64,000 nucleotides of DNA from Candidatus Thorarchaeota archaeon (GCA_963726195.1 CAVSBO010000005.1:168646-232645); one strand, 5' to 3'; counted from the first letter of the stretch, positions 21,484 through 33,162 are shown. Notes: generated by a model from the sequence alone, not told the origin. A program made the numbers and translations.

Positions 21484-22152
21484 ATGCCAACCGATCCAGA
21501 ACAGCTACTTCAGAAAGCAGTTCAGCTCTTCAGTGCTACAAAGTTCAAAGAAGCCTTCAAGTCTTCAGAACAAGCGAGGGCTCTGTTCCAGAAAGCAGGC
21601 AAGAGAGACAGAGCCATGGAGGCTCTTCGCGTAATGGCCGACAGTGCTCTCAATTCTAGAGACACATCTCAGGCCGCAAAGCTCTATCAGGACCTCAATA
21701 AGGAAGGCACGTCCGCCTCGAGTGGCTTCTACCAATCTGCAGCACAATGGGGTACGGGACAGATCGCCCTGCGCAAGATGGATTATGCATCTGCAGCAGG
21801 GTCCTTCAAGGTGGGTCTCGACCTATCCAAGAAGACAGGAGACAAGTGGTACGCGGCATGGAATTCCATGGGTCTTGCCACTGCATATAGAGGGATGGGA
21901 CGGACAATCGATGCCCGTGGCTTGCTCCAAGGAGCCGCTTCTGACTTTCGTTCGATTGGTCAGTCGAACTATGCTGCATGGGCCGAAAAGGCCTTGTCAG
22001 AGATTGGTGGAACCGCCGTGCAGCAATCGCCAAGAGACTCGAAACCTTGGTTGTGCCCCATGTGCGGTTCAAGCTTTCCGCCAGCGCAGGCAGAATCCCT
22101 GAAAAAAGGAAGTCTCGTAACCTGCGAATACTGTGGGACATCAGTAGGTTAA
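21484..22152 (+). CDS. TPR-like helical protein with C-terminal zinc ribbon
   Basis: TPR-like helices (AAQWGTGQIA, AAWNSMGLA) and CPMCG...CEYCG. Confidence 0.75.
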   Translation: MPTDPEQLLQKAVQLFSATKFKEAFKSSEQARALFQKAGKRDRAMEALRVMADSALNSRDTSQAAKLYQDLNKEGTSASSGFYQSAAQWGTGQIALRKMDYASAAGSFKVGLDLSKKTGDKWYAAWNSMGLATAYRGMGRTIDARGLLQGAASDFRSIGQSNYAAWAEKALSEIGGTAVQQSPRDSKPWLCPMCGSSFPPAQAESLKKGSLVTCEYCGTSVG

Positions 22153-22296
22153 CTGTCGATACATGGTTTGGAAATACGGCGACACGAGATTCGCTTACGA
22201 AACATAACTGACATTCTCCCTGGTATCAAATCATCTGTAAGGAGAAACGCTTTCAGGTTCTGTCTACATTTCGTAATCGCGGAGAGGTTGGGTGCA

Positions 22297-22985
22297 GTGG
22301 CAATCGATGAATCGCATCGCAATACTGAGTTCCAACAGGAATCGTCCCTGAACACAGTGGCAAATTACTTCCTGCACGGATTGCTGTATTCGCTGTTGAT
22401 GACTATGCTTTTGCAGTCTGTCTGGGCGTTTCTCTTGTTCTCTTGGTGTTGATAGGGTCGATGCATCGGCATTATGTTAGGGTTTGCATTGTTCCTCATG
22501 GGTATGGGGTTGGTGAACAAGGCTATTGCCGTTGATGGATATGGGGTATTCACGCGAGAAGTGCATGGACGAGCCTTCTAGGACACGGATTCTACCTCTT
22601 CCTCGCATTGTTTGTGGTGCAACTGCCGTGGATGTTCGCCGACCTGATTCTTGTGTACACTGGGACAGAAATCGCATTATCTATGAAGCAGTCCAGTTCC
22701 TAGTCATGGCAATTGTAGATGGCCTAATCGGCAAAAAAGTGGCCTCCGTCATTCGAGGAAAACCGTCATACCATTACTACATTGCCTCGGACACAGCAGA
22801 GATTCGCCTCTGCAACCAAAGGCCCTTCATTCTGCCCTGCATGCGGCGCACCCTTCCCGTATAGGGATACAGACATCGGCCCTGATGGCATGGCCGTCTG
22901 TCGTCATTGTGGCGCAGCATTGCATGATCCAAGATACAAACGTGGAGACAGTTCAGACACAGGGGCAATTCCACCGCGCCCCTAA
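22297..22985 (+). CDS. Multi-pass membrane protein with C-terminal zinc ribbon (multiple frameshifts)
   Basis: Hydrophobic segments continue across frames (YFLHGLLYSLL, GIMLGFALFLMG, SLLGHGFYLFLAL, AIVDGLIGKKVA) and end in CPACG...CRHCG. Confidence 0.55.
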
Positions 22986-23253
22986 GAAGAGTCGACAGAG
23001 TCCCGTGCCATCGATAGCCTTGAAACTGGTTAGCGAAAGCACTTTGTGAATTGGAGTTGCCCAGGGGCCGTGTGAGAATCAAGGGAGACAATCTCCGCTC
23101 CGAGTACCGACATCCTTACATTCTTCACGTCTTTTGATTCGAAAGCTGTAGTAGCATGCTGCTGTAGTAAGTCTGGGAAGCAGCTGACGACCTTTGGTTC
23201 CAATAGGCCCTTTTGCGGCGCTCGGGCTGCCAAGGACTTCGTTTCAAGAGGCG

Positions 23254-24846
23254 ATGGTATTGGATAATGACCTGCATTCCTCGGATTTCCTTGTCATTGG
23301 CAGTGGAATCTCGGGCTTGCTCTTCTCATTGAAGGTGTCAAAGCGCGGCAGTGTGAACCTCATTACGAAGCGTTCATTGACGGACTCTGCAACATACCTA
23401 GCTCAAGGCGGGATTGCATCTGTTGTATCGCCCACAGATTCCTTCGAGAAGCATATCGAGGACACGATACGCGCTGGAGCGGGCCTATGCCACCCAGATG
23501 TCGTAGATAGCTTCGTCAGAGCGGCTCCACAAGAATCGCTGAGCTGGTGAAGCTAGGGGTCAAGTTCAACAAAGTAACCGACAGAGACGACTATGACCTA
23601 GGTCTAGAAGGTGGACACAGCGCCCGCAGAGTGCTGCACGTGAAGGACCACACGGGACAAGACATTGAAACCATCTTGGCTCAGAGAGTTCGTGAGGAGC
23701 CGAGAATCAAGAAGTGGGAGCACCACATGGCCGTCAACCTCTTTGTCCGGGACGCCCGAGTCCTCGGCGCTTATGTCTTGAACGTTGAGACGAGCGAGGT
23801 GAAGAGGTTTGCCGCGAAAGTGACGATTCTGGCGACTGGCGGAGCGGGGAAGGTATTCCTGTACACGAGCAACCCCGAGCATTCGACAGGCGATGGACTA
23901 GCCATGGCGTACCGCGCCGGCGCGACGATAACCAACATGGAATTCATTCAGTTTCATCCCACTCTCTTGTACCACCCGAAGATTCGTTCATTTCTGATAT
24001 CAGAAGCATTGAGAGGAGAGGGGGCCGTGTTGCTTGGCCCTGACGGCAAGAGATTCATGCAGAACTATCATCCGGACGCAGAGCTGGCTCCACGAGACGT
24101 GGTCGCACGTGCTATTGACGCTGAGCTGAAACGGACCGGTGCGGAGTTTGTGTACCTTGATATCTCATTCAAGGAAGCCGACTTCATCAAGGAGCGATTC
24201 CCGGTGATTTACGAAACCTGTCTGAAAGCTGACATAGACATGACGAAGGAACCCATCCCGGTGGTTCCCGCCGCCCACTTTGTCTGTGGAGGTATTCGTG
24301 CTGACAAGAACGGCCGGTCCGATGTCGATGGTCTCTATGCGATTGGGGAAAATGCTGGTACAGGGTTCCACGGTGCAAATCGTCTGGCTTCTAACTCGTT
24401 GCTTGAGGGTGCCGTTCTGAGCTCATAATGCGTCCAGCGCGGCTTCAGAGGAGGCTGCAAGGCTTCAGTTGAACACGGACATTCCACCTTGGGATCCTGG
24501 ACGCGCGACTGATAGTGACGAGCTTGTTGTGATATCGCATATGTGGGATGAGGTCAGGCGTCTAATGCAGAATTACGTCGGTGTCGTTCGCTCCAACAAA
24601 AGGTTGCTTCGAGCCAGGAACAGAATCGAGTTTCTATCAAAGGAAATCAACGAGTTCTACTGGGACTTTCGTATCACGCCTGACTTGGTTGAGCTCAGAA
24701 ACATCGCGACAGTGGCAGAGCTCATAATAAGAAGTGCCCGGATGCGAAGAGAAAGTCGCGGGGCACACTTCAACAAGGACTTTCCCAATCAATCGAATGA
24801 GGCAGTAGATACCATAATCAAGAAGGGCTACGCCAGAATAGGATAG
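23254..24846 (+). CDS. nadB: L-aspartate oxidase (two frameshifts, near 23535 and 24420)
   Basis: [67 protein letters not shown]. Confidence 0.93.
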
Positions 24847-24877
24847 TTGGCTCCATCAGGCAGAGATGAAGCATTCA

Positions 24878-25544
24878 ATGAGGACGTTCATAACTCTGAG
24901 AAGAACAAACCGGCGAGAACTTCCTCCCAAGTTCCAGTCGGATGACAACCGGTACGCCGATGAGCTGAGTTGAATACTTTCTCGACAAATACACTCAACC
25001 GGGAGAAAAGGTACTCGACATCTTTGCCGGCTATGGCACGACACTTGTCGTTGCTGAGGACATGGGGCGAGTCCCATTCGGAATAGAGTATGACGAAAGC
25101 CGATTCGAGTACATGAAATCCCAAGTTCGCCACAAGGCGAATGTGATTCATGGAGATTCATCGAGGCTGTCCTCGTACAAGCTGCCAGTCGTCGACTTCG
25201 TCATGACTTCGCCGTACTACATGGCTCAGGACTACGAACTCAACCCTCTTGATTGTTGCAGAACGGCGGGAGACTATAAGAGTTATCTGAAGGACTTACG
25301 TGAAATTTTCGCGCAGCTGATGCAGATTCTAAAGGTGGATGGTCATCTCGTAATAGAGGCCTCAAATCTGAAGACAAGCGGAGTTACAACATTCGCGTGG
25401 GATCTCGCCAAAGAGGTCTCCAGCGTTTTCTACTTCGAGGGAGAGGTTGTCATCGGATGGGAAGGCGAAGATACGGGCTGCGGAACCTACGGATACGGCT
25501 ACGATCACAGTTACTGCTTGGTCTTCAGGAACCTAGCTGAATAA
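24878..25544 (+). CDS. N4-C/N6-A DNA methyltransferase-like (or Trm11-like) protein, frameshift near 24968
   Basis: Upstream of the listed ORF the frame reads VLDIFAGYGTT (SAM motif I). Catalytic-type motif MTSPYY follows. Confidence 0.7.
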
Positions 25545-25575
25545 CGCATGCGGAGGCGGGGCTCCATTTGAGCAC

Positions 25576-28500
25576 CTACCGACAATCCAAAAGAACAGTC
25601 ACAATCCTCTTCGGCTGGATGTCAACCTCTAGTGTCTGCGGGTCAATCATCGACACCTTCAGCTCTCTGCTTGGAGTCTCGTCTGCTCGTGCCGCAGTTG
25701 CCGACTTGACCGGGAATCCCAACCGCATGCGGCATCTTTCTGTCTTGTCGGATATGTTCCATAGACGCAGTGCCAGGAATCTGCCGTCCTGTGATTCCTT
25801 GAATGCTGAAAGCTTAATCGTGCTCGGTTGAACTGTCAGGTAGCCCTGACTGTAGATACCAGCCTTGTCTTCGGATGCAGGCAGGAACTTGGTGATCATT
25901 GGCATGAGGTACGACTCAGATTCGCCATAAGCCCCGCCTACAAGCCAGTTCCCCTTGTGGGGTGTGATTGCATAATCGAACCGATGTTCCCCGGGACACT
26001 GTCCTCCCGGAGTTTCAAGGACTGGCCCTGCGGCCTCCGGCCTCGTCAACATCCCAACTGTCGAGAGCCAACCAACACATCTGAGCAGTGTGACTGCGAT
26101 ATTTCCTCCTCGCTCCTCGAGTATCTCGAACTCCAAGTTCCCTGTTGTGGTGACCGTCATTCCCCTCTTGTCTGACGCCATCGTGACAAAGTTTCGCATA
26201 GGATATGTGGGCGCAACCGGTTGCACCCAGCCCTCAGAGGCTTTCGGCCTGATTGGTCGTTCGATGACATCGAATGAGCCGTCCGCTTGACATGTTCTCG
26301 ATCCCGTGTCTGTTGGGAATAGCACACGAAGGCGATGGTCCTCAGCCAGGTTGTTGAATTCCGTCACCACACGTACAGTGGGGCTACCAGCGTGGAGAGT
26401 GACTTCGGTTGTGAAGTCACAGCTGACGCTCTCTTCTGAGCGCTGCACTGTGTCCGGGGCCATTGATGAGGGCAGCTCCAACTCGCCAGTTATACGGATG
26501 GAACCAACGAGAGGACCAGAGGTGACAGGCTCTATTGTACAATCAACGTCTGCAGACCCGATGCTACGGTGTACATGTGCTGGACAGTAGTCGTATTCGT
26601 CCCCTACGTCCTCGCTGTCCTCGAACTCAAGTAGTCCTTTGTACTCCTCTCCTGTTCTCTTGTCTAAGAGATTCATTGTTCCATTCTTCAGTATCGTAAC
26701 TTTGATTTGGTCGTTTTCGATTACGTTACCCGTGCAGCGAACCGCGCCGGGCACTTTGACTGGAACGTCTTTCTCGGATGCAAAGAGGTCGTACCGCTTC
26801 ACTCCCAGCCCTTCAACGTTGTCTGCCCAAACTGCAATCTTGACGAACTCCTCATCGTCCGCCAATAGCTGCGCCTTGTCGTCTCTGTGCACTTGTGAGC
26901 CTACTTCTTGTACCGAGACCGCCTTACCGTGTTCGTCCTTCACCGCCAAGGTGCCCTTCATCAGATCCTGGGCGTCAAACTTCTTTGCCCAAACCTCTAC
27001 GACCTCATTCTTCGAATTGACACGAACCCTGTACGCCGTTGACAGATGGCGGAGCATGCCTTTGACCTGAGGAAACAACGATAGCAGTCCGCCGAAGTCA
27101 TACTCGAACTCTGTCAGAGTTCCTGTGCTCGTTTTTATTTCACGGGAGTTGACAGGCGTTGGATCGAAGCCGTGGTTTTTTACGAATGAAATATGGAGTT
27201 CATTCTTGGAAGCGTCAAGTGCGCTCTGAGGTTTGAAAGATGGGTCAAAGAGGCGGACCTCTGCAAGTCTAGAGTAGCGGAAGTCAGAGATTGGCATTTC
27301 CAACACTGCGACGCCTGACCTGCTATAGGGCAGGGAATTGTAGACGACAAGCCCCGGCGTGGATGTCTGGCATTTTGATGCAATTGTGTCAAGGGCTCTG
27401 TCGAGCACCGTTTCACCGATTTCTGTTATCCAACGGAATCTCTGCATCATGTCCTCGTGGACCTGATCAATGCTGCAGCCGCATATGTCGTCATGAGGAT
27501 GATTCTTGAGCAGGTACTTCCACGCTAGTGTAATCTCCTCGAGTGGGTAATCCGCACGTAGCACAGAGGCCGCGCTGCTCCATGGCTCCACCCATCTCTC
27601 AAGCAATCGCTGGCACCGATCATTTGCTTGTTTGAGGTAGACTCTTGATGAATACACACCCGATAGAAGATTCTGATGCTTGGAGCGTCGGAACTCCCCG
27701 CGGAAACTCTTGAGTTCATTCTTGTGCTTACGCATCTGTTCTACAAACTGCGGGAAGAGTTCCTAACACTATCTTGCGCTCGTGTGCAGCATTGTACGCT
27801 GCAATAACCTTTGGAAGATGCGGCTGGGCTTCGAGGTGGTCAGAACCGTTCATCAACAGACATAGCCCGATTCTGGACCATGGACGCAGTTTTTCCATCA
27901 CCTGTTCGATGGTTGATACTGCATCTTCTATTTCGTCGGGCAGTCCGGCTATGTTGCCATAAGAGAGCGGTAGCCAGTGAGCCAGCACGCGGCTTCCATC
28001 GGAGCTTTCCCAAACGAATTCGGAACCGAGATTATCTGTTTCATCCCCGGTGCCCCGAGCGAAAATCACAGAATCATAACCAAACTGGGATAGAATCTGC
28101 GGCAGTTGGCTAATCTGCCCGAAGGGGTCTGGAATGTAACCTACATCAGTGACTTTTCCAAACTGTCGTGCTATCTGACCGCCAACCATGAGGTTTCTTA
28201 TCAATGCCTCCCCCGAGACAAGGAACACGTCTGGGAGAACGTACCATGGTCCGACCCCAATTCTGTCCTCTCGAACTAGCTTCTCAAGCTCGGTTCTTTT
28301 GTCCGGCTTGACTTCGAGATAGTCCTCCAGTACTACTGTTTGGCCGTCAAATGTGAAATGGGTGAAGTCAGGGTCTGTTTCCAGTAGTTGTAACAGATTG
28401 TCGACGAGCTTCACCAGTTTCAGTCGGAACTGCTGGAATGTTAGATACCATGCGCGGTCCCAGTGTGTTTCGCTAATGACGATTGCTTCGAGTTCGTCGG

Positions 28501-28576
28501 GTGCCAATACTCTGCAGCTCCACTCAGCTAGGTAAGCACTTCTGCTAAGAAGGGAGATATGAATAGCTACCTTCAT
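25576..28576 (-). CDS. GH38 alpha-mannosidase / mannosylglycerate hydrolase-like (frameshift near 27750)
   Basis: ETHWDRAWY, FDGQ, GPWYVLPD, PDPFGQ, NGSDH, HPHDDICGCSID, DHRLRVLF, TLLRCVGWL. Confidence 0.92.
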
Positions 28577-29745
28577 CGAGTTCCGTACTCAGACTCTGTT
28601 ATGACTCCTCCGGGTATACGACAGGGAAGGACTCTGGGAATCACGCCAGTCTCCTTCTCATAGGCAGATGCTATCGAACGAGTGAACGAGTCAACGTGCT
28701 TCGTCGCGACGACGCTGATGACTGCGCCTCCGAATCCAGCACCGGTCATCCTGCTGCCTAGGACTCCTTTCAGTTTGCGTGCGGTCTCTACAAGGAAATC
28801 CAGCCGGGGATGCGATACTTCGTACAGATCACGTGAGCTCTTGTGTGACTGGTACATTATCTGGCCAAAATCCTTGATTCTCCCGTCTCTGAGGGCCTGT
28901 ATTCCTAAAAACACGCGTTGGTTTTCCAACACTACATGATGCACCCGTTTTGCCAACCTATCTTCCAGCAGACTATCCGAGTCCGCGAGTTGCTCCGGGC
29001 GTATCTCGCTCAGATTTGAGATGCTCCACCCTGCATCTCTGAGCATCTTGAGGGCGGTCTGGCATTCAGACATTCTCTGGTTCAAGGCCTCACCTGCGGC
29101 TCTCGAGACCATAGAGTCCGTAATCACGAGACTAGCATCAGCGTTGAATGGCATATCCTCCGTCACATACGTGGAGCAGTATATGGCGAGGAGCGAATCA
29201 GGTTTTCCAAGCTGAGCTGTGAACTGGTCCATTATTCCGCAAGATACTCCGCAATAGAGTCGTTCTGCATCGAAGGCAACGAGGGCTATTTCCTTTGGGA
29301 GTAGACTGAGATGGCTGAGATTCACAAGGGCATTTGCTACTGATACCTCAAGTGCCGCAGAAGAGCTCAGCCCCGCACCCTGTGGAACGTCTCCGTGGAT
29401 TGCAGCATCGATTCCAATCACCTCAAGTCCCCGCCTTTCAAGTGCCCAATACACTCCCTTCACGTAGTCATACCATCTTCTCGACCCCGATGGAAGCAGA
29501 CCCTTTGAAGAGAAAGATGTCGACTGGTCATAGTCGATAGAATGAATTCTCACGTCATTTGATGTACCTGCGACAGTCCAAACGTGCCTGTCTATCGTTG
29601 CAGAGAGTACCATTCCGCCGTTGTAGTCAGTATGGTTTCCGAGTACTTCCACTCTCCCCGGGGCACAGGAAATCACTACTCGGGCCTTTCCACCGTTGCT
29701 GATTCTTTCGAGGTGTGCTTTCATGCAGTCGGGTGTGGATATCAT
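28573..29745 (-). CDS. galK: Galactokinase
   Basis: APGRVEVLGNHTDYNGG, GAGLSSSAALE, CGIMDQ, GSRMTGAGFGG. Confidence 0.95.
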   Translation of the reverse strand: MISTPDCMKAHLERISNGGKARVVISCAPGRVEVLGNHTDYNGGMVLSATIDRHVWTVAGTSNDVRIHSIDYDQSTSFSSKGLLPSGSRRWYDYVKGVYWALERRGLEVIGIDAAIHGDVPQGAGLSSSAALEVSVANALVNLSHLSLLPKEIALVAFDAERLYCGVSCGIMDQFTAQLGKPDSLLAIYCSTYVTEDMPFNADASLVITDSMVSRAAGEALNQRMSECQTALKMLRDAGWSISNLSEIRPEQLADSDSLLEDRLAKRVHHVVLENQRVFLGIQALRDGRIKDFGQIMYQSHKSSRDLYEVSHPRLDFLVETARKLKGVLGSRMTGAGFGGAVISVVATKHVDSFTRSIASAYEKETGVIPRVLPCRIPGGVITESEYGTR

Positions 29746-30683
29746 TTGAGGGCATCCCTCAGTTCAGATGCTTTCTCCTCCGGCGTAGAATCGTTGGTGT
29801 AGGTCCAGGAACCGGTCTCTATGCCGGCAAGGTACTTGATCTGTGCCCTGCTGCGCCAAGGTGGATACATCTCGATGTGGAAATGCCAATAGGGGTGTTC
29901 TCCCCGAGAGGGACGTGTATGAAATGCCATCACGTAAGCAACCTCATCGAACACCACTGAGTACCGTTTGACAACATCCTTCACGACCTGCCCCAGTTCG
30001 GTCAAGTTTGCCTCGAGTTCAGCTAAACTCGCAACATGCGCCCTTGGACAGATATGGACTTCGTATGGTAGTCTGGCCGCATATGGCACGAAAGATACGA
30101 AGTTCTCGGTCTCGTTGAGTATTCTCTTCCCGTACTTGATTTCCCCATGGAGGGTCTCGCACACAAGGCACGAATCGTCGTTCTCCCACACGCTTCTGAA
30201 TTGTTCAATCTCCTTCTCAATGCGTGGCGGCACAAACGGCAGTGCATAAACCTGAGCGTGAGGATGGTCCAAGCTCACGCCAATTGCTCTGCCTCTGTTC
30301 TCGAATTCCATTACGTATTCGATGCCCTTTTGTCGATCCAACTCGTTGAACACCCTGAGGTACTCTCTGAACACGATGCCTAGCTGCTTGTCGTCCATGC
30401 TTTCGATCTGTTTGTCATGATCACGGGATAGCAGAATTACCTTGCAGAAGCCGTACGCAGGCGCTCCAATAACCACGCCCGGATGAAGGCTCACTGGGCC
30501 GCCGTCAGGGCTCAATGCAGGGAATTTGTTGTCAATAGTGAGTACATCCCATTGACGGGTTGTGTCATGCTTGCCAGGACAAAAAGGACACTCTCCACCC
30601 TTCTCCTGAAAAGGTCTCGCCGCCCTCTTGGGCGTGACAATGATCCATTCGCCAAGCATGGAGTTCCAGCGGAGTTCGCTCAT
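29742..30683 (-). CDS. galT: Galactose-1-phosphate uridylyltransferase
   Basis: RAARP, CPFCPG, NKFPAL, FENRG, HPHAQ. Confidence 0.95.
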   Translation of the reverse strand: MSELRWNSMLGEWIIVTPKRAARPFQEKGGECPFCPGKHDTTRQWDVLTIDNKFPALSPDGGPVSLHPGVVIGAPAYGFCKVILLSRDHDKQIESMDDKQLGIVFREYLRVFNELDRQKGIEYVMEFENRGRAIGVSLDHPHAQVYALPFVPPRIEKEIEQFRSVWENDDSCLVCETLHGEIKYGKRILNETENFVSFVPYAARLPYEVHICPRAHVASLAELEANLTELGQVVKDVVKRYSVVFDEVAYVMAFHTRPSRGEHPYWHFHIEMYPPWRSRAQIKYLAGIETGSWTYTNDSTPEEKASELRDALK

Positions 30684-30798
30684 TAGTGATTCATCATTGG
30701 CAGAATGGAAGTGACTAGTTGATTAACGTGACGCACAGGCGCTCAGATATCGGCTGCTATATATGGAGAACCACATGCGGCGCAAGTGAGTGTTGCCC

Positions 30799-31564
30799 CA
30801 TGAACGCGCACAGGAGAATCTCCGAATTGGAAGAGGTGTCTTCCAACGGATGGCCTGCTCGCGAAATTGACCACATTGGGGGCTGGAAACTCAGAGCAAA
30901 CGATGGGATTACGCGCAGAGCAAATAGTGTTCTCCCGTTGGGTAATCCAAAGATGCGCCTCGACGATGCGATAGATGCTGTTGAACGATTCTATAGCGAA
31001 CGAGGAATTGAACCAAGATTCCAAATGACCGAGGCCAGTGTTCCTAAGAACCTAGACGCAAGACTGGTCGAGCGATTTTACTTCACAGATATCACCGTAA
31101 GAGTTCAGACAACCCCGATTCAGAACCTAGCTACAATCAAGGCTTCCCACAGCATCGAGATAAGCGGAGAATTGACCTCCGACTGGCTGATGACCTATGC
31201 CGCGGCAGGACAGTATGACGAAAAGGCAATCGAGAGCCGAAGAGGCATACTTGAGCGGATCAGCGCACAGCGGGCTTTCGCACTGTGTAGAGAGTCCGAC
31301 AGAGTTGTGGGAGTGGGCTTGGGGGTAGTGGAGCATGGATGGGTGGGTCTCTTTGCAATTGAAACTCTGTCCACTCATCGACGCCTCGGTGTTGCCACAT
31401 CAGTCATTCATTCTCTAGCAGTATGGGGAAAAGAGCAAGACGCGCGCGACGCGTACTTGCAGGTAGAAGCGAAGAACGAGCCGGCCCTTGCGCTCTATGA
31501 GAGAATCGGATTCAAAGATGTGTACCAATACTGGAGCCGAACGGGAACCACGAAAGGCCCTTAG
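30799..31564 (+). CDS. GNAT family acetyltransferase
   Basis: RRANSV, HRRLGVAT, AYLQVEAKNEPALALYERIGF. Confidence 0.88.
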
Positions 31565-31682
31565 GGATGTCTCATGTCTTCGGTCCTTTCTCTGTGAGTT
31601 CGAGAATGACAAAAGACTTCTGGGCCGGGATTATTCATCTCGGCCCTAGATTTGATTACAAGTACTGTGAGAAGAACTGAAT

Positions 31683-32456
31683 CTACCTGCTGGTCAAAGA
31701 CTCGTATTCAGCCCTTATTCGTGCAGCGGCTTCCGATCCTCCGAAGTCTGGTGGCGTGACTCTGACCGTACTACCATCGACCACTGCCTCGAACACAACA
31801 ACACCTGGTGCTTCAATCTTGATACCGAGTTTGCCGTCTCGAATGAATCTCTCAGTGTAAACAACGTCTGCATGCTTCACTGCAGAAAGAAGCAGGAAGG
31901 CCAGCTTCTGTTCGACGTTTCTGTCGAGTTTCTGCGATGCTGACTGAGACTTGGAAACTGCAGGAGCTGCCGCGGGTCTCATTGGAGGCGGAGCCGGCTT
32001 CGTTGGCTGGGGTCTTGGTGATGGAGCTACGGTCTCGGCGGTCAACGTCGGCGGCCCTTCGGTCCTGCGAGTCAAAGGCGCTCCTCCAGTCGGCATCCGA
32101 CTTTCATCGAATGCTAGGATTTCATCCTCGAAACTCCACCTTGATCTCATGGCATTTCTGAAATTGGACATGGAGGCTGCAACTTCGGGGTCTGAGTCGT
32201 TCTTTTCATTCATCTCCACAACGCGCGACATCGCCATCCCAACAGTGGTGTTTCCCACCTTGTGTCCCGATTTCTGGACGCTCTTCCCCATTCGTATCGC
32301 GTGCATCCTGGTCGGCATGGCCACATTACGGCCGATCCAAACCCAGCATGTGTCATTATACTCATCGAGCACTATGACTGCGTCGTCGCTAGTTACAAGA
32401 TTGGGATCAAACTTGACTGCCTTGATTTCCCCCGAATTGTCTAGTAGCATAAGCAT
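31683..32456 (-). CDS. Gelsolin-like domain protein with Pro-rich linker and unknown C-terminal domain
   Basis: LVTSDDAVIVLDEYNDTCWVWIG matches the gelsolin L.S.D.FILD....YxWxG core. Confidence 0.65.
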   Translation of the reverse strand: MLMLLDNSGEIKAVKFDPNLVTSDDAVIVLDEYNDTCWVWIGRNVAMPTRMHAIRMGKSVQKSGHKVGNTTVGMAMSRVVEMNEKNDSDPEVAASMSNFRNAMRSRWSFEDEILAFDESRMPTGGAPLTRRTEGPPTLTAETVAPSPRPQPTKPAPPPMRPAAAPAVSKSQSASQKLDRNVEQKLAFLLLSAVKHADVVYTERFIRDGKLGIKIEAPGVVVFEAVVDGSTVRVTPPDFGGSEAAARIRAEYESLTSR

Positions 32457-32603
32457 GAAGGGTTTTCGCGATAGAGTTTTCCCGGGAATCCCTGTTACCT
32501 CCTTGGGGTTGGTCCCTTTATGTCGTCTGCCTCTCGGTTTCTTTTAACCGATTCTCGGACATACTCTTGCGAAACTCATGCGCATGCAGACATCGAACAA
32601 TAC

Positions 32604-32870
32604 TCAAGATGCAAGGCTAGAAGATGTGAGGTCGAGTTCAGGGTCGATGACCAGAAGTGATTGCGTTTCAGAAAGACCTTTGATTCTCCTGATGCGCCCG
32701 GTTATTATTTCCACAAGTGCCTCTATGTCTCTGCCGCGGACTTCAGCCACGATATCATACGGGCCGAACACTTTGTGCGCCTCTTCAACAATCGAGAGGC
32801 TGAGGATATTCCTTAGGACTTCGTCCTCTGCTCCGCTTGCAGTCTTGATCAGAATGTAGGCCTTGACCAT
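32604..32870 (-). CDS. Lrp/AsnC ligand-binding (RAM) domain protein, stand-alone
   Basis: KAYILIK...EAHKVFGPYDIVAEV...IRRIKGLSETQSL. Confidence 0.9.
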   Translation of the reverse strand: MVKAYILIKTASGAEDEVLRNILSLSIVEEAHKVFGPYDIVAEVRGRDIEALVEIITGRIRRIKGLSETQSLLVIDPELDLTSSSLAS

Positions 32871-33092
32871 CTTGGCGCACCACCAACAGGTTGATGCGGT
32901 CCGAGGCCGTAGATAACTCTTGCTGCTTTTTGAACGAAGAGATGCTTCTCATCGATTCTCTTGCTGCTTCTCTCGGCCGTGAAGGAATCTTGCCTCAGAA
33001 GGTTTGGCATGTCTTTCGATTCGCTCTGCGAACACCAAAACCTGAGGCTTTTGCTCTTAGCACATGCTCTGATGTCTTCGTGTTGCCCACTC

Positions 33093-33126
33093 AGAGCTGG
33101 GGACTACGTTCAGTCCCAGCAGCTCT
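33093..33126. other. GC-rich stem-loop (13 bp, 2-nt bulge, 6-nt loop) in an intergenic region
   Basis: AGAGCTG-GGGACT-acgttc-AGTCCC-ag-CAGCTCT. Confidence 0.5.
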
Positions 33127-33162
33127 AGGCCCAGGCTCCAAAAGGAAACCTACACAAGCGCT

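Noticed and set aside
23145-23169. 9-bp direct repeat GCTGTAGTA upstream of nadB
   Set aside because: Only two copies and no recognisable NAD-regulator motif.
24415-24430. Programmed frameshifting in nadB and the other split genes
   Set aside because: There are no consistent slippery sequences, and the breaks are scattered across unrelated housekeeping genes, which fits sequencing error.
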